The notes under the pieces: generated by a model
The model's input: only the letters and a program-made list of their open reading frames with translations
The model's database searches: none
Told to the model about the DNA's origin: nothing
Source: Actinomycetota bacterium
GTDB lineage: Bacteria > Actinomycetota > Geothermincolia > Geothermincolales > RBG-13-55-18
Direction of reading: 5' to 3'
Assembly: GCA_003598015.1 (NCBI GenBank)
Contig: QZKE01000079.1
Coordinates: 9,468 to 73,467 of the forward strand
Length of the DNA stretch: 64,000 bases
Position numbers and translations under genes: made by a program
Shown: positions 18,546-27,522 of the stretch, in pieces
How the letters are laid out: the number at the start of each line of letters is the position of its first letter
Position numbering within the stretch: the stretch's first letter is position 1

Positions 18546-21542
18546 ATGAGTAAAAGGGATTTACTGCCCGGCATCCTTTCCGAACTGGAGGAACGCTTCG
18601 GGGAGCGTTTTAATGCAGACCCCGTAGAGAGGTACATCTACTCCCGCGACATGGGCGAGTTCCCATCCGTCGTGGGCAAGATCGTGGGAGGTCTCGCCCA
18701 GGCTGTCCTGCAAGTGGAAAACGTGGATGAACTTGCCTGGATCATCGGCTTCGCCCATCGCAATAGAATCCCCCTCACCCCCCGCGCCGCTGCCACCAGC
18801 GGATACGGAGGCGCTATTCCGGTGCTGGGGGGTATCGTAGTCGACCTCACCCGCATGAACCGCATTGTGGATATCGACGTGGAGGGGCGCTCGGTCACGG
18901 TGCAGCCGGGAGTCGTGTGGTGGAACCTGGAGAAGGAACTGCGGGCGCGCGGACTGGCCCTGCGCACCTATCCTTCCAGCGCGCCCTCTTCCACTGTGGG
19001 TGGTTGGGTAGCCGAAGGCGGTTCGGGCATCGGGGCCTATGCCTATGGAGAGATAGCCGACAACGTCCAGGAGCTGAAGCTGGTGGGACCGCAAGGCGAG
19101 AGGACGATAAGCGGCGATGATATGGGGCTTTACGTTGGTTCGGAGGGAACGCTCGGCTTCATCTCCGAGGTACGCCTGGCCGTGCGCGAGGCGGCTCCCG
19201 AGCGGCCGCTGTTGTTCTCCTTCGCGGGCGCGGAAGCGGTTCAGCGTTTCATCCATGCGCTGAAGGGAAAGGACCTCCCCCTGTTCCACCTCCAGGTCAT
19301 AACCCCGCAACTGGCCGCCCTTAAGAACCAGGTAGCGGCGGAGGCGTATCTCCCCGAAGGTTCCTACCTGGTGCTGGCCGTAATGGAGGGCGACGAAGCC
19401 GGACCCCATGACGAGTTGATGAAACTCGCTGCAAGCGCCATGGGCAAGGAACTGGATGAGGAAGGCGCCGCTCACGAGTGGGATGAGAGGGTTTACCCCC
19501 TGCGCATCAAGAAAGCAGGCCCCTCGGTCATCCCGGCGGAGGCCGAGGTGCCGCTGTCGAAGGTGGGAGCCCTGCTGGCGGATACCGCGAAGCGCCTTCC
19601 CGAGCTCGCCATGGAAGTGATCGTCGGCAGGAATGGGAAAGCGATTTTCCTGGGATTCATCCCCTGTGACTCGCGCAGCGTGGACTTCACCGTCGACTTC
19701 ACCGCCTCACTGGAATTCCTGCGCCTGGCGGAGAAGTACGGCGGTGCTCCCTACGGCATCGGGCTGTATTTCGTGGACAAGGCGGACAAGAGGCTGGGCA
19801 TGGCCAGGAGGAAGAGGCTGCAAGAGGCGAAACGGGAGGCGGACCCCGCATGCCTCCTCAACCCGGGGAAGATGGTGGAGACGTGCGCCGAAACCCCGCG
19901 CCTCAAGACCCTGCGCGGCATGATGGCCATGGCCAAACTGTCGCTGCCCCTGGCCATACCCACACGCAAACTGGCGCCCCACCTGCGCTTGATGCGCCGC
20001 CGGCTGCCGGAGAAGGTGGAGGAGGCTGCTTTCACCTGCGCGCAGTGCGGCTACTGCAAGCAGGACTGCACCCTCTATAGAGGCCGGGGCTGGGAGAGCG
20101 CGTCGCCGCGCGGCAAGATGCAGTACCTGCGCGGCTACGCCAAGGGGGAGGTGCCCCTCACCCAGGATATGTCGGACACCTTCCTGCTCTGCAGCACCTG
20201 CAAGAAGTGCGACCTCACCTGCCAGACCGACCTGCCCATCGAGTCCGTGTGGGAGGAGATGCGCGGCGAGCTCATAGCCGAGGGCAAGTTCAAGACCTTT
20301 CCTCCCTTCGAGATGATGGGCGCCTCCTACGACATGGAGAACAACATCTGGGCGGGATTCTCCGCGGACCGCGACGCGTGGCTGCCCGGGGACATCAAGG
20401 TGCGGGAGAGCGGCCCCGTGGGCTACTGGGCCGGCTGTACCGCCTCCTACGTTGAGCAGGACATCGCCCGCGGGGCGGCGCGCATCCTCAAGGAAGGAGG
20501 CGTTGACTTCGTCTACCTGGGGAAGGACGAAACATGCTGCGGGGTCCCCTTCCTCATGAGCGGAAAATGGGACGTCTTCGAGGAGGCCGTGCGGCGCAAC
20601 GTCAAAGCCCTCAAGGAACGGGGAGTGAAGAAGCTGTACACGTCGTGCCCAGGCTGCTGGGTTACGCTGGGCCAGCACTACAAGGAATGGGCTGAGAAGC
20701 TGGGGCTGGAATGGGACATGGAGGTGGTGCATATCACCGAGCTGGCGGCTGAGCTGGTGAGAGACGGCAGACTCCAGTTCAAGAACGAGATCCCCCTTAA
20801 GGTCACCTGGCACGATCCCTGCCATATCGGGCGTCACGGCAGGATATACGAGGAACCCCGTGAAGTACTGGAGGCCATACCGGGTTTGGAACTGATGGAG
20901 ATGGAACACAACCGCGACGAGGGGCTGTGCTGCGGCAGCGTGCTCACCCTCATCGGCGAGACCCGCCCCACCTCCGGGCGCATCGCCCACGGACGCCTGC
21001 AGGAGGCGCGGGATATCGGGGCCGAGGCCATCGTCACCACCTGCCCGTGCTGCGAGTTCCAGCTGCGGGTATGGGACGCGGCCGAGGGCGACGGCGTGAA
21101 GGTCCTCGATTTCGCGGCGGTGGTGGCGGAAGCCCTGGGCGAGAGGCTGGAGAACCCCGATCCCAAGGTGCAGGACTCCTGGGCGGTCTTCGACACCATG
21201 ATCCAGCTGATGACCCCCCAGGGCATGGCCGATTTCATGTGGGAGTTCCTGGACTCCATCTCGCCGCTCCTGGGCAAGGCCATGCGCCTGGGCAAGAGGC
21301 TGCCGGAGTCGCTGAAGAAGGGGATGTTCGCCGTGACCGACCGCCTCATGCCCATGATGATGCCCAAGATGCTTCCCGTCATGATGCCCTGGATGCTTCC
21401 GCGCATGATGCCCCTGATGGAGGCGAAGATGCCCACCATGAGCGATTCCATGCGCGAACTCATGCCGGACATCCTGCCGCGGGTCATGGACAGGGTCATG
21501 CCCTACATGATGCCGCGCATCGTGCGCTGCATGATATCCTAG
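18546..21542 (+). CDS. FAD-linked oxidase fused to a 2x[4Fe-4S] + 2xCCG (GlpC/HdrD-like) module, with a Met-rich C-terminal extension
   Basis: 998 aa. N-terminal FAD_binding_4 region (PLTPRAAATSGYGGAIP). Two ferredoxin motifs (CAQCGYCKQDC, CSTCKKCDLTC). CCG-type motifs (CCGVPF, CPGCW, HDPCHIGR, CCGS, CPCC). The last ~120 residues contain 26 Met by my count. Confidence 0.85.
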   Translation: MSKRDLLPGILSELEERFGERFNADPVERYIYSRDMGEFPSVVGKIVGGLAQAVLQVENVDELAWIIGFAHRNRIPLTPRAAATSGYGGAIPVLGGIVVDLTRMNRIVDIDVEGRSVTVQPGVVWWNLEKELRARGLALRTYPSSAPSSTVGGWVAEGGSGIGAYAYGEIADNVQELKLVGPQGERTISGDDMGLYVGSEGTLGFISEVRLAVREAAPERPLLFSFAGAEAVQRFIHALKGKDLPLFHLQVITPQLAALKNQVAAEAYLPEGSYLVLAVMEGDEAGPHDELMKLAASAMGKELDEEGAAHEWDERVYPLRIKKAGPSVIPAEAEVPLSKVGALLADTAKRLPELAMEVIVGRNGKAIFLGFIPCDSRSVDFTVDFTASLEFLRLAEKYGGAPYGIGLYFVDKADKRLGMARRKRLQEAKREADPACLLNPGKMVETCAETPRLKTLRGMMAMAKLSLPLAIPTRKLAPHLRLMRRRLPEKVEEAAFTCAQCGYCKQDCTLYRGRGWESASPRGKMQYLRGYAKGEVPLTQDMSDTFLLCSTCKKCDLTCQTDLPIESVWEEMRGELIAEGKFKTFPPFEMMGASYDMENNIWAGFSADRDAWLPGDIKVRESGPVGYWAGCTASYVEQDIARGAARILKEGGVDFVYLGKDETCCGVPFLMSGKWDVFEEAVRRNVKALKERGVKKLYTSCPGCWVTLGQHYKEWAEKLGLEWDMEVVHITELAAELVRDGRLQFKNEIPLKVTWHDPCHIGRHGRIYEEPREVLEAIPGLELMEMEHNRDEGLCCGSVLTLIGETRPTSGRIAHGRLQEARDIGAEAIVTTCPCCEFQLRVWDAAEGDGVKVLDFAAVVAEALGERLENPDPKVQDSWAVFDTMIQLMTPQGMADFMWEFLDSISPLLGKAMRLGKRLPESLKKGMFAVTDRLMPMMMPKMLPVMMPWMLPRMMPLMEAKMPTMSDSMRELMPDILPRVMDRVMPYMMPRIVRCMIS

Positions 21543-21650
21543 AAGCGGTCCGGGGCGATATTGGGATCCCGAAGGCGAAGAACAGCGGTCTCGAATGGCG
21601 GAGTGCTTCGCAACCGGTCTTGCGAATCCGCTTTTATCTGTTCCATAAGT

Positions 21651-21762
21651 ACATACCTCGAAGGGGGATTTTATGGCCTAATCCCTCTTTATCGGTGCTT
21701 GCTTAAGAAAAGGAGTAAAGCCCACCGTGTCCACAAAGTGCCCATTTTCTACAGTTGCATGT
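21651..21762. repeat. island repeat, long copy A (immediately 3' of hepT-mntA)
   Basis: It aligns over about 110 nt, at roughly three-quarters identity by eye, with 24311-24420. A shared block is AAGCCCAC.GTGTCCA....G.GCCCATTT..ACAGTTG. Confidence 0.6.
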
Positions 21763-21803
21763 ATAAGCCTGAAGGCCTGGAGTGATACGAGGAGGTTGTC
21801 AGA

Positions 21804-22100
21804 TCAGATATAAACGACCTCGGAGAGAATGCGCTCACCGATCCTCGGTTTCAAAGCCTTTTTCATTACCAGATCCACGTCCACATCGAGTAGTTCGCTC
21901 AGCCTGCGCTTCAGATTTACAAACCGCATCAGGCTTATCGGCTGTGAGAACTCCACCAGTATGTCCAGGTCGCTTCCCGCCGCCTGGTCTTCGCGCACGT
22001 AGGAACCGAACAAGCCGATATTGCTCACGGAGTACTCCTCCTCGAGTTCCCCTCTGTGCTCGTTCAGCTTCTTCTTGAATCTTTCCAGATCAGTCATCAC
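21804..22100 (-). CDS. mntA: MNT-type nucleotidyltransferase antitoxin
   Basis: 98 aa. The GSYVRED...GSDLDILV minimal nucleotidyltransferase motif is present. It overlaps the HEPN gene by 11 nt. Confidence 0.85.
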   Translation of the reverse strand: MMTDLERFKKKLNEHRGELEEEYSVSNIGLFGSYVREDQAAGSDLDILVEFSQPISLMRFVNLKRRLSELLDVDVDLVMKKALKPRIGERILSEVVYI

Positions 22101-22449
22101 TCAGCTCCTCGATGGTCCGCTTAATCTCCTCTTCGGCTTCCGGTAGATCGTCCTTGACGGTCAACCATACCGCCTCCAGATCCACCTCGATGTAGTCGTG
22201 GATCAACACATTCCTCATCCCGATCATGTCGCTCCAGGGTATCTTGGGATACCTCTTAACAATTTCTTCTGGTATATGGCGCGCCGCCTCCCCGGCCACC
22301 TCGAGAGCCCGGATAACCGCATAGGATGTACGTTCGTCCTGCTCGAACTCCCGCCTATCCATATTGCCCAGGAAGGCCCGAGCCTTTGCCATGGCATCCA
22401 GGATATCCTGCAGATAATCGAGTATCAGTCGTTCTTCAGCCATCTCCAC
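22090..22449 (-). CDS. hepT: HEPN (DUF86) toxin
   Basis: 119 aa. The Rx4H motif is in MRNVLIHDY, within a typical DUF86 helical pattern. Confidence 0.85.
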   Translation of the reverse strand: MEMAEERLILDYLQDILDAMAKARAFLGNMDRREFEQDERTSYAVIRALEVAGEAARHIPEEIVKRYPKIPWSDMIGMRNVLIHDYIEVDLEAVWLTVKDDLPEAEEEIKRTIEELSDD

Positions 22450-22721
22450 GCTCCTTTTACTGCTCCCATTATCATAGCAGGCGATGACACGTTCTTCATG
22501 GATCGTGCTCTCGTGGGGTGTGGATGAGGATCCCTATTTTATCAGCGCTCTGTCCCGGCGTTAGCTCTATTGGGAGCTTGCGGCCGCGTATGCGGTAAAT
22601 GAGTTCTCCGTCCCCTTTCGCCTCGCACGCCACCCTTCTTAACCGAAGACTTCGGTCTCAGAAAGAGGCGGTCTCCTACCTTTCGCAGGGCAGAGAGAAT
22701 TCGGGTAGCTGGCAATATATG

Positions 22722-23945
22722 TCAGTTGAACAATTCGCCCAGTTCCACCAGCACCCAGTCCTGGTAGTTGCAGGCTTTCACCCATAACTGAAGCTCGGCG
22801 GGGACTGCGACGAACTGGTACATCGTCGTAGGCCTGGTGGGTCCCCCTTCGCTTATCGGGACGTCAAGTATCTGCATCATGACCGCGGCGTCGATCTTCC
22901 CCCTGTATTGCTCCCCCAGGGATAAAAGGCCGTTATACCTCATGATGGAATCCTGAACGTCCGCGCTTTCATGCGTGCTTACGCCCTCCGGGGTCTTCAG
23001 GTCCCAGGTGGGCTCGATGAAATGGTTGGTGGCAACCAGGAGACCGTCTTCCTGGCCTCCCCTCTCCTTGCACGCGCAGGTCGTCTTCTCGAACGTATGG
23101 GCAGCCTGGGGATCAGCCACGTTGGCGATCACGGCTATCCTGGGGAGCGTGCTCAGCATGTAGGCCCTGGCCATTTCGATATCTGATGAATCAAGGAAAA
23201 TCGAGACATTGCCGATCATGGTGGGAACCGCTCCAGTCAGCTCCACCTGACCCCCGGATGGGGTCCCGTCATGCACTCCCATGGCAAGGTTGGCGTCATT
23301 GAACACGCTCATGGCCCCTATCTGCCCCGCATTGACGATGGTCGCCACCGACCGGCTTCCGTCATCGGGATTGAGTACTACCACAGTCAGGGTGTCGTTA
23401 TATTCCTTGAACTCAGGATAGTAGTCGAAGCTCCTCGCGCAAACGAGGGGGCCACCGCCTGTATAATCGCCCCAGGCGGCGGCGAAAGAGCACATGCCGG
23501 ACATGGAGACCAGCAGGGGCAGGTAAACGGCGTTGTCAACCATTATCAACTGCTGCAGGCTCATTCCGCTTGTCTCCTCCATGCCCTCGAGCATCTGCTG
23601 GAAGCGCGCTGGATAGATGCTGTAACTCTTAGTGAATTCCTCTTCTATCGTTGCGCGGGGAAGGGAGCCGTTCCTGGCGAAATAACCGTCAACTGCCTCT
23701 GCGTAGAAGTGCCTTATCTGGGATTCCATGAGCCCCCCGTACTGGCGGCCCATCTCCCTGTAGTTCCCGTTGAGCTGGGCTACATATATCTTGCCCGCTC
23801 GGTAAAGGCGGCCTCCCTCAAACTCCGAGACCTTTTCGAGGTTTTCGGAGGTCACCTCCCCGGAACCTCCCTTTCCACAACCGGCCGTGAACAGAGACGT
23901 GATTACCAGTAGAAGGCCGATTAGTACCGCCAGTCTTTTCCTCAA
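22722..23945 (-). CDS. C45-family (acyl-CoA:6-APA acyltransferase-like, Ntn) lipoprotein
   Basis: MRKRLAVLIGLLLVITSLFTAGCGKGG gives a signal peptide plus lipobox. The candidate Ntn nucleophile is in SGMCSFAAWGD, followed by LVCARSFDY. Confidence 0.55.
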   Translation of the reverse strand: MRKRLAVLIGLLLVITSLFTAGCGKGGSGEVTSENLEKVSEFEGGRLYRAGKIYVAQLNGNYREMGRQYGGLMESQIRHFYAEAVDGYFARNGSLPRATIEEEFTKSYSIYPARFQQMLEGMEETSGMSLQQLIMVDNAVYLPLLVSMSGMCSFAAAWGDYTGGGPLVCARSFDYYPEFKEYNDTLTVVVLNPDDGSRSVATIVNAGQIGAMSVFNDANLAMGVHDGTPSGGQVELTGAVPTMIGNVSIFLDSSDIEMARAYMLSTLPRIAVIANVADPQAAHTFEKTTCACKERGGQEDGLLVATNHFIEPTWDLKTPEGVSTHESADVQDSIMRYNGLLSLGEQYRGKIDAAVMMQILDVPISEGGPTRPTTMYQFVAVPAELQLWVKACNYQDWVLVELGELFN

Positions 23946-24240
23946 TCAAACCACTCCCGAGCCCCTAGACTTCTGCAAACCGACTCCTTAAAAAGCTTAT
24001 CCTCGCATTGCGATTGTTCCATCTTCGAGGGTATAACCTGACAGAACACCGATGTTGCTCAAGAAGGGAACATGGCGAAAATAGCCTACCGAGCCTTTTG
24101 GCTACGTCTTTCGCTCCACCCATGGATTATCGCTCCTCCAGCTCCCAAGTATCGTTGATCACCCCGTTACTGCTTCATTATTCATCAGCCGAATCTAGGG
24201 GTCCTTTGGGGTTTCATGTGTAGAATCCGGGGAAGAAAGC

Positions 24241-24275
24241 TCACTTGGCTCGAAAGGCGTTGCTCTTTGGAACTG
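24241..24275. repeat. island repeat, short core copy
   Basis: TCACTTGGCTCGAAAGGCGTTGCTCTTTGGAACTG matches the cores at 25091-25120 and 27640-27668. Confidence 0.45.
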
Positions 24276-24310
24276 ATCGTACGGACCCGCTCATAACACC
24301 CTCCATTGGC

Positions 24311-24420
24311 ACATGCCTTAAGCAGGGCTTTTATGTCAGAATTCCCTTTCGTCGATGCTTGTTCGAAAAGCGCACAGAAGCCCACTGTGTCCAAATCGCG
24401 CCCATTTAACAGTTGGTTGT
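24311..24420. repeat. island repeat, long copy B (immediately 3' of abrB-relE)
   Basis: See 21651-21762. It ends one nucleotide before the relE-like stop codon. Confidence 0.6.
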
Positions 24421-24705
24421 TCATTTCAAGCTGCTTCTCCTCAATATTTCGTAGATCTCCTCTCGCGGTCCGGTGAGTACCACGTAGACGACCTTATCCT
24501 CCGGCTTGAGTTGATAGATGATGCGGTGCTCTCCTCCTGGGGTCGTGACGGGCAGGCTGTATAGGCCTTCGTATCCTTTGAGGGGCTTTCCCGCACGAGG
24601 ACGATCCGCGAGCTTCGCAAAGGCCTTGTCGTAACAGTCCGCCAGTTCGCGGCCGTATCGCGCCAATGATTTAGCTACGCGCTGCGAGCCGTGCACCTCC
24701 CACAT
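24421..24705 (-). CDS. RelE/ParE-family toxin
   Basis: 94 aa. ...GEHRIIYQLKPEDKVVYVVLTGPREEIY is the typical RelE/ParE C-terminal pattern. It starts 4 nt after the antitoxin stop. Confidence 0.8.
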   Translation of the reverse strand: MWEVHGSQRVAKSLARYGRELADCYDKAFAKLADRPRAGKPLKGYEGLYSLPVTTPGGEHRIIYQLKPEDKVVYVVLTGPREEIYEILRRSSLK

Positions 24706-24708
24706 TGT

Positions 24709-24948
24709 CTATTTCCCGGAGCTTTTAGGGTAAAGGCGAACGGACTTCTTGCTGCGCCAATCCTCCTCCGCCTCACGCACGATATCCTCTAGGGACAGCT
24801 TGCGCAGGACGATTTCCCCTTCCCTCGCCTCTACCGTCATGCGGTCTCCTTCCTCGAACCCCAGCTGGGCCCGAATCCTCTTGGGTATTACCACCTGCCC
24901 CTTGCTGGACATCCTGGTGAGCTCTATCTGGCGGGCCATCTTTATCAC
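24709..24948 (-). CDS. AbrB/MazE/SpoVT-family antitoxin
   Basis: 79 aa. The SKGQVVIPKRIRAQLGFEEGDRMTVEAREGEIVLRK swapped-hairpin motif is present. Confidence 0.85.
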   Translation of the reverse strand: MIKMARQIELTRMSSKGQVVIPKRIRAQLGFEEGDRMTVEAREGEIVLRKLSLEDIVREAEEDWRSKKSVRLYPKSSGK

Positions 24949-25090
24949 CTCCTCTATGTAAGAATATAAGAATATCTTACCATGATTGCAAGTCCACGAC
25001 CTACGGGAGGGATAAGCCGCTATGAGGGCGACCCAGGAGGCACGAAGTGTTTTTAAGTCGTCTACATCATTATGGTATTTACTGGTATGT

Positions 25091-25120
25091 ACATATGCCT
25101 CGAAATGCGTTGCCCTTTCC
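25091..25120. repeat. island repeat, short core copy
   Basis: ACATATGCCTCGAAATGCGTTGCCCTTTCC. Confidence 0.45.
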
Positions 25121-25538
25121 TGCGAGCCCCGCTGTTCTACCTCTTCCCTGCCCCTCTAGTTTGTACCTTGAACTGGTCATAAATACAAACGCAGGGAATG
25201 ATCGCTTTACGAAACATGGCCTCGTCTACACTGGCTGGAATGAAGTTGAACTCGGGATGACTATCCCCAGATGTGTTCAAATGATCCCCTTAGCCCATGA
25301 CTGCCTAAGCCTATTGTCGACGCTGGTGCCCAGAAGAATACTACTCTCATATTCCAAATCCCCCAATAGCTCAATCACTCTTTAATTCTCGCGCAGCATA
25401 TGGGCTTGATGGGTTTTCACCGTTAGAAGGGTGATGGGTTGAGTTCATCGTATATCCGATTCCTGGAGTTGTTTCGTAGTACCCATCACGGGGAAGAATA
25501 AATCCAAAGTTAGAAACAGAAAGAGGAGGTGGATTCTT

Positions 25539-25760
25539 TTGGCAAAAGTCGACGATACCCAGGAAAACCTGGAGATCTGCGTGAAGTTCTGCGGGCCTTG
25601 CCCCTCTAAGCCGCAGGTTTTCGGGGAAGCGCTCTTCTGCGCGAGGGGTAAGAGCAGTAAAGAGGTGGAGGAAAAGGGCTGCAACTGCCCCGGCTGCGAC
25701 GTATTCGCGAAGTACGGCCTGGCTGATGGCTATTTCTGCAAGAACGGAGCCGCCGAGTAA
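25539..25760 (+). CDS. DUF2769-like Cys-rich small protein (copy 1, divergent)
   Basis: 73 aa: MAKVDDTQENLEICVKFCGPCPSKP...LFCARGKSS...KGCNCPGCDVFAKYGLADGYFCKNGAAE. It has the same architecture as the two modules downstream. Confidence 0.7.
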   Translation: MAKVDDTQENLEICVKFCGPCPSKPQVFGEALFCARGKSSKEVEEKGCNCPGCDVFAKYGLADGYFCKNGAAE

Positions 25761-25879
25761 GAAGTGTTAACACTAGCCATTAGGGTGCGCGCTTCCATCA
25801 AATACTATCAGTTCTGGGTGCGCCTTTAATGCTGCCATAAAACAGACGCTGTCTATGACGGGGAAGGGGGGAATCCACG

Positions 25880-27199
25880 ATGGAAGATCTCGGGCGAGAG
25901 AGAAACTGGTTACTGTTCCCGGGCTTCGAGATAGAGGTTGTGGCCACGGGCTTCAGCCTTCCCGTGAACATAGCCTTCGTCCCCGATGCGGGAAGCGACC
26001 CCGGAGCGCCCCTCTTCTATGTAACGGAGCTCTACGGCCAGGTCAAGGTTGTCCTGAACAATGGTGAAGTTGGTACCTATGCCACCGGCCTCCTCAACTT
26101 CGAGCCGGACTATAAATTCCCCGGCACTGGGGAATCGGGACTCACGGGGTTGTGCGTGGAGCCGGAGACCGGCGACCTCTTCCTCGCCATGCTCTATGAG
26201 GAAAACGGCCAGCCCAAGTCCAGGGTAGTGCGGACGAAAAGCGACTCGGGGCTGGAGATGACCTTGCAGGAGACCGTCCTGGACGGCGTGCCCTCCATCA
26301 GGGCCGCGCACCAGATACAGGCGGTGAGTATCGGCTATGACGGCAAGCTCTACGTGAACTTTGGGGACGGCATGGTCGATCCCAATGTAGCGCAGGATGA
26401 CAATGACCTGCGCGGCAAGATCCTGCGCCTGAACCCAGACGGCTCCGTTCCCTCCGACAACCCGAACCCGCCCAGCCCCATCTTTGCCAAGGGATTGAGA
26501 AACCCTTTCGGCGCGACCTGGAGAAAGAGCAACCACTCCCTGTACATCTCGGACAACGGACCCGCCTACGATGACAGGATCGCGAGGATAGACGCCGGGA
26601 AGAACTACGGTTGGCCCATGTCCATGCGCACCAACTCCATCTTCTGGTGGGAGTTCACCCAGGCGCCTACCGCCCTGGCCTTCATGCAGGACGGTCAGTT
26701 CCCCCATACCTATCACGACGAGCTCTTCGTCGCCCTTTTCGGCGCGGCCAATGCCAAGGGCAGGTCCCCAAAAGGAAAAAAGATCGTGAAGCTCCACCTC
26801 GGCGAGGACGACAAGGGCGTGAGCTCCGAGGACAGCTTCGTGGTGTACGTGGGAGAGGGGCCGGCAAGCCCTTGCGGACTTGCCTTCGGCCCTGGCGGCC
26901 TTTACTTCACCGACCTCTTTGGCGAGTTGGACGACCCTGCCAGGGCGCCGGTGGGCAGTGTTTACCGGGTGAGGGCGCGGGGCCGTGTCCCCGACACGCC
27001 GGAGAACTTCGCCCAATGCATCTGCAGGAACTGCCCCACCCATGACGAGTGCATGAAGGAAAGGATGCAGGGCCTGTTCTGCGCCCGTGGCAAGTCGGAC
27101 TGCGATTTCGAGCGCAAGGGTTGCATATGCGGCGAGTGCCCGCTGGCGACAAACTACCGCCTGGTGGACTACTACTACTGCGATACCGGGGAAGCTTGA
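25880..27199 (+). CDS. PQQ-dependent sugar (glucose/sorbosone) dehydrogenase-like beta-propeller fused to a C-terminal DUF2769-like module
   Basis: 439 aa with no signal peptide. Propeller motifs include GKILRLNPDGSVPSDNP, KGLRNPFG and NGPAYDDRI. The C-terminal 70 aa (26987-27196) read VPDTPENFAQCICRNCPTHDECMKERMQGLFCARGKSDCDFERKGCICGECPLATNYRLVDYYYCDTGEA. Confidence 0.7.
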   Translation: MEDLGRERNWLLFPGFEIEVVATGFSLPVNIAFVPDAGSDPGAPLFYVTELYGQVKVVLNNGEVGTYATGLLNFEPDYKFPGTGESGLTGLCVEPETGDLFLAMLYEENGQPKSRVVRTKSDSGLEMTLQETVLDGVPSIRAAHQIQAVSIGYDGKLYVNFGDGMVDPNVAQDDNDLRGKILRLNPDGSVPSDNPNPPSPIFAKGLRNPFGATWRKSNHSLYISDNGPAYDDRIARIDAGKNYGWPMSMRTNSIFWWEFTQAPTALAFMQDGQFPHTYHDELFVALFGAANAKGRSPKGKKIVKLHLGEDDKGVSSEDSFVVYVGEGPASPCGLAFGPGGLYFTDLFGELDDPARAPVGSVYRVRARGRVPDTPENFAQCICRNCPTHDECMKERMQGLFCARGKSDCDFERKGCICGECPLATNYRLVDYYYCDTGEA

Positions 27200-27256
27200 C
27201 AGTCCTCGTTTGCGGAGAATCCTTTAGCCAGACAATAAGAGGACAGGGAGGAGAGC

Positions 27257-27478
27257 ATGAGAGTTCCGGACACGAAGGAGAACCTGGATAGATGCCTCTG
27301 CAGGGAGTGCCCGTCCTACAACGCATGTATGAAAGAAGGGATGCAGGGTTTGTTCTGCGCGCGGGGCAAGACCAACTGCGACTTCGAACGGCAGGGGTGC
27401 TTCTGCGGCAGGTGCCCGGTCTCGACCGAGTACGCTCTCAACAACTTCTACTTCTGCAATACGGGCGCAGCGGAATAG
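27257..27478 (+). CDS. DUF2769-like Cys-rich small protein (copy 3)
   Basis: 73 aa: MRVPDTKENLDRCLCRECPSYNACMKEGMQGLFCARGKTNCDFERQGCFCGRCPVSTEYALNNFYFCNTGAAE. An RBS (GGAGGAGAG) is present. Confidence 0.75.
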   Translation: MRVPDTKENLDRCLCRECPSYNACMKEGMQGLFCARGKTNCDFERQGCFCGRCPVSTEYALNNFYFCNTGAAE

Positions 27479-27522
27479 ACCGGACCTCAAATCGCACCTT
27501 TCCGGGATAACGGCAGGAGAAG

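Noticed and set aside
24185-24424. 79-aa minus-strand ORF, the 74-aa plus-strand ORF 21561..21785, and mini-ORFs (MGTLWTRWAL.. / MGAIWTQWAS..) inside the long repeat copies.
   Set aside because: They exist only because they overlap the repeat. The two copies differ by indels that break the frames, and the substitutions show no obvious synonymous bias. I treat the conservation as nucleotide-level.
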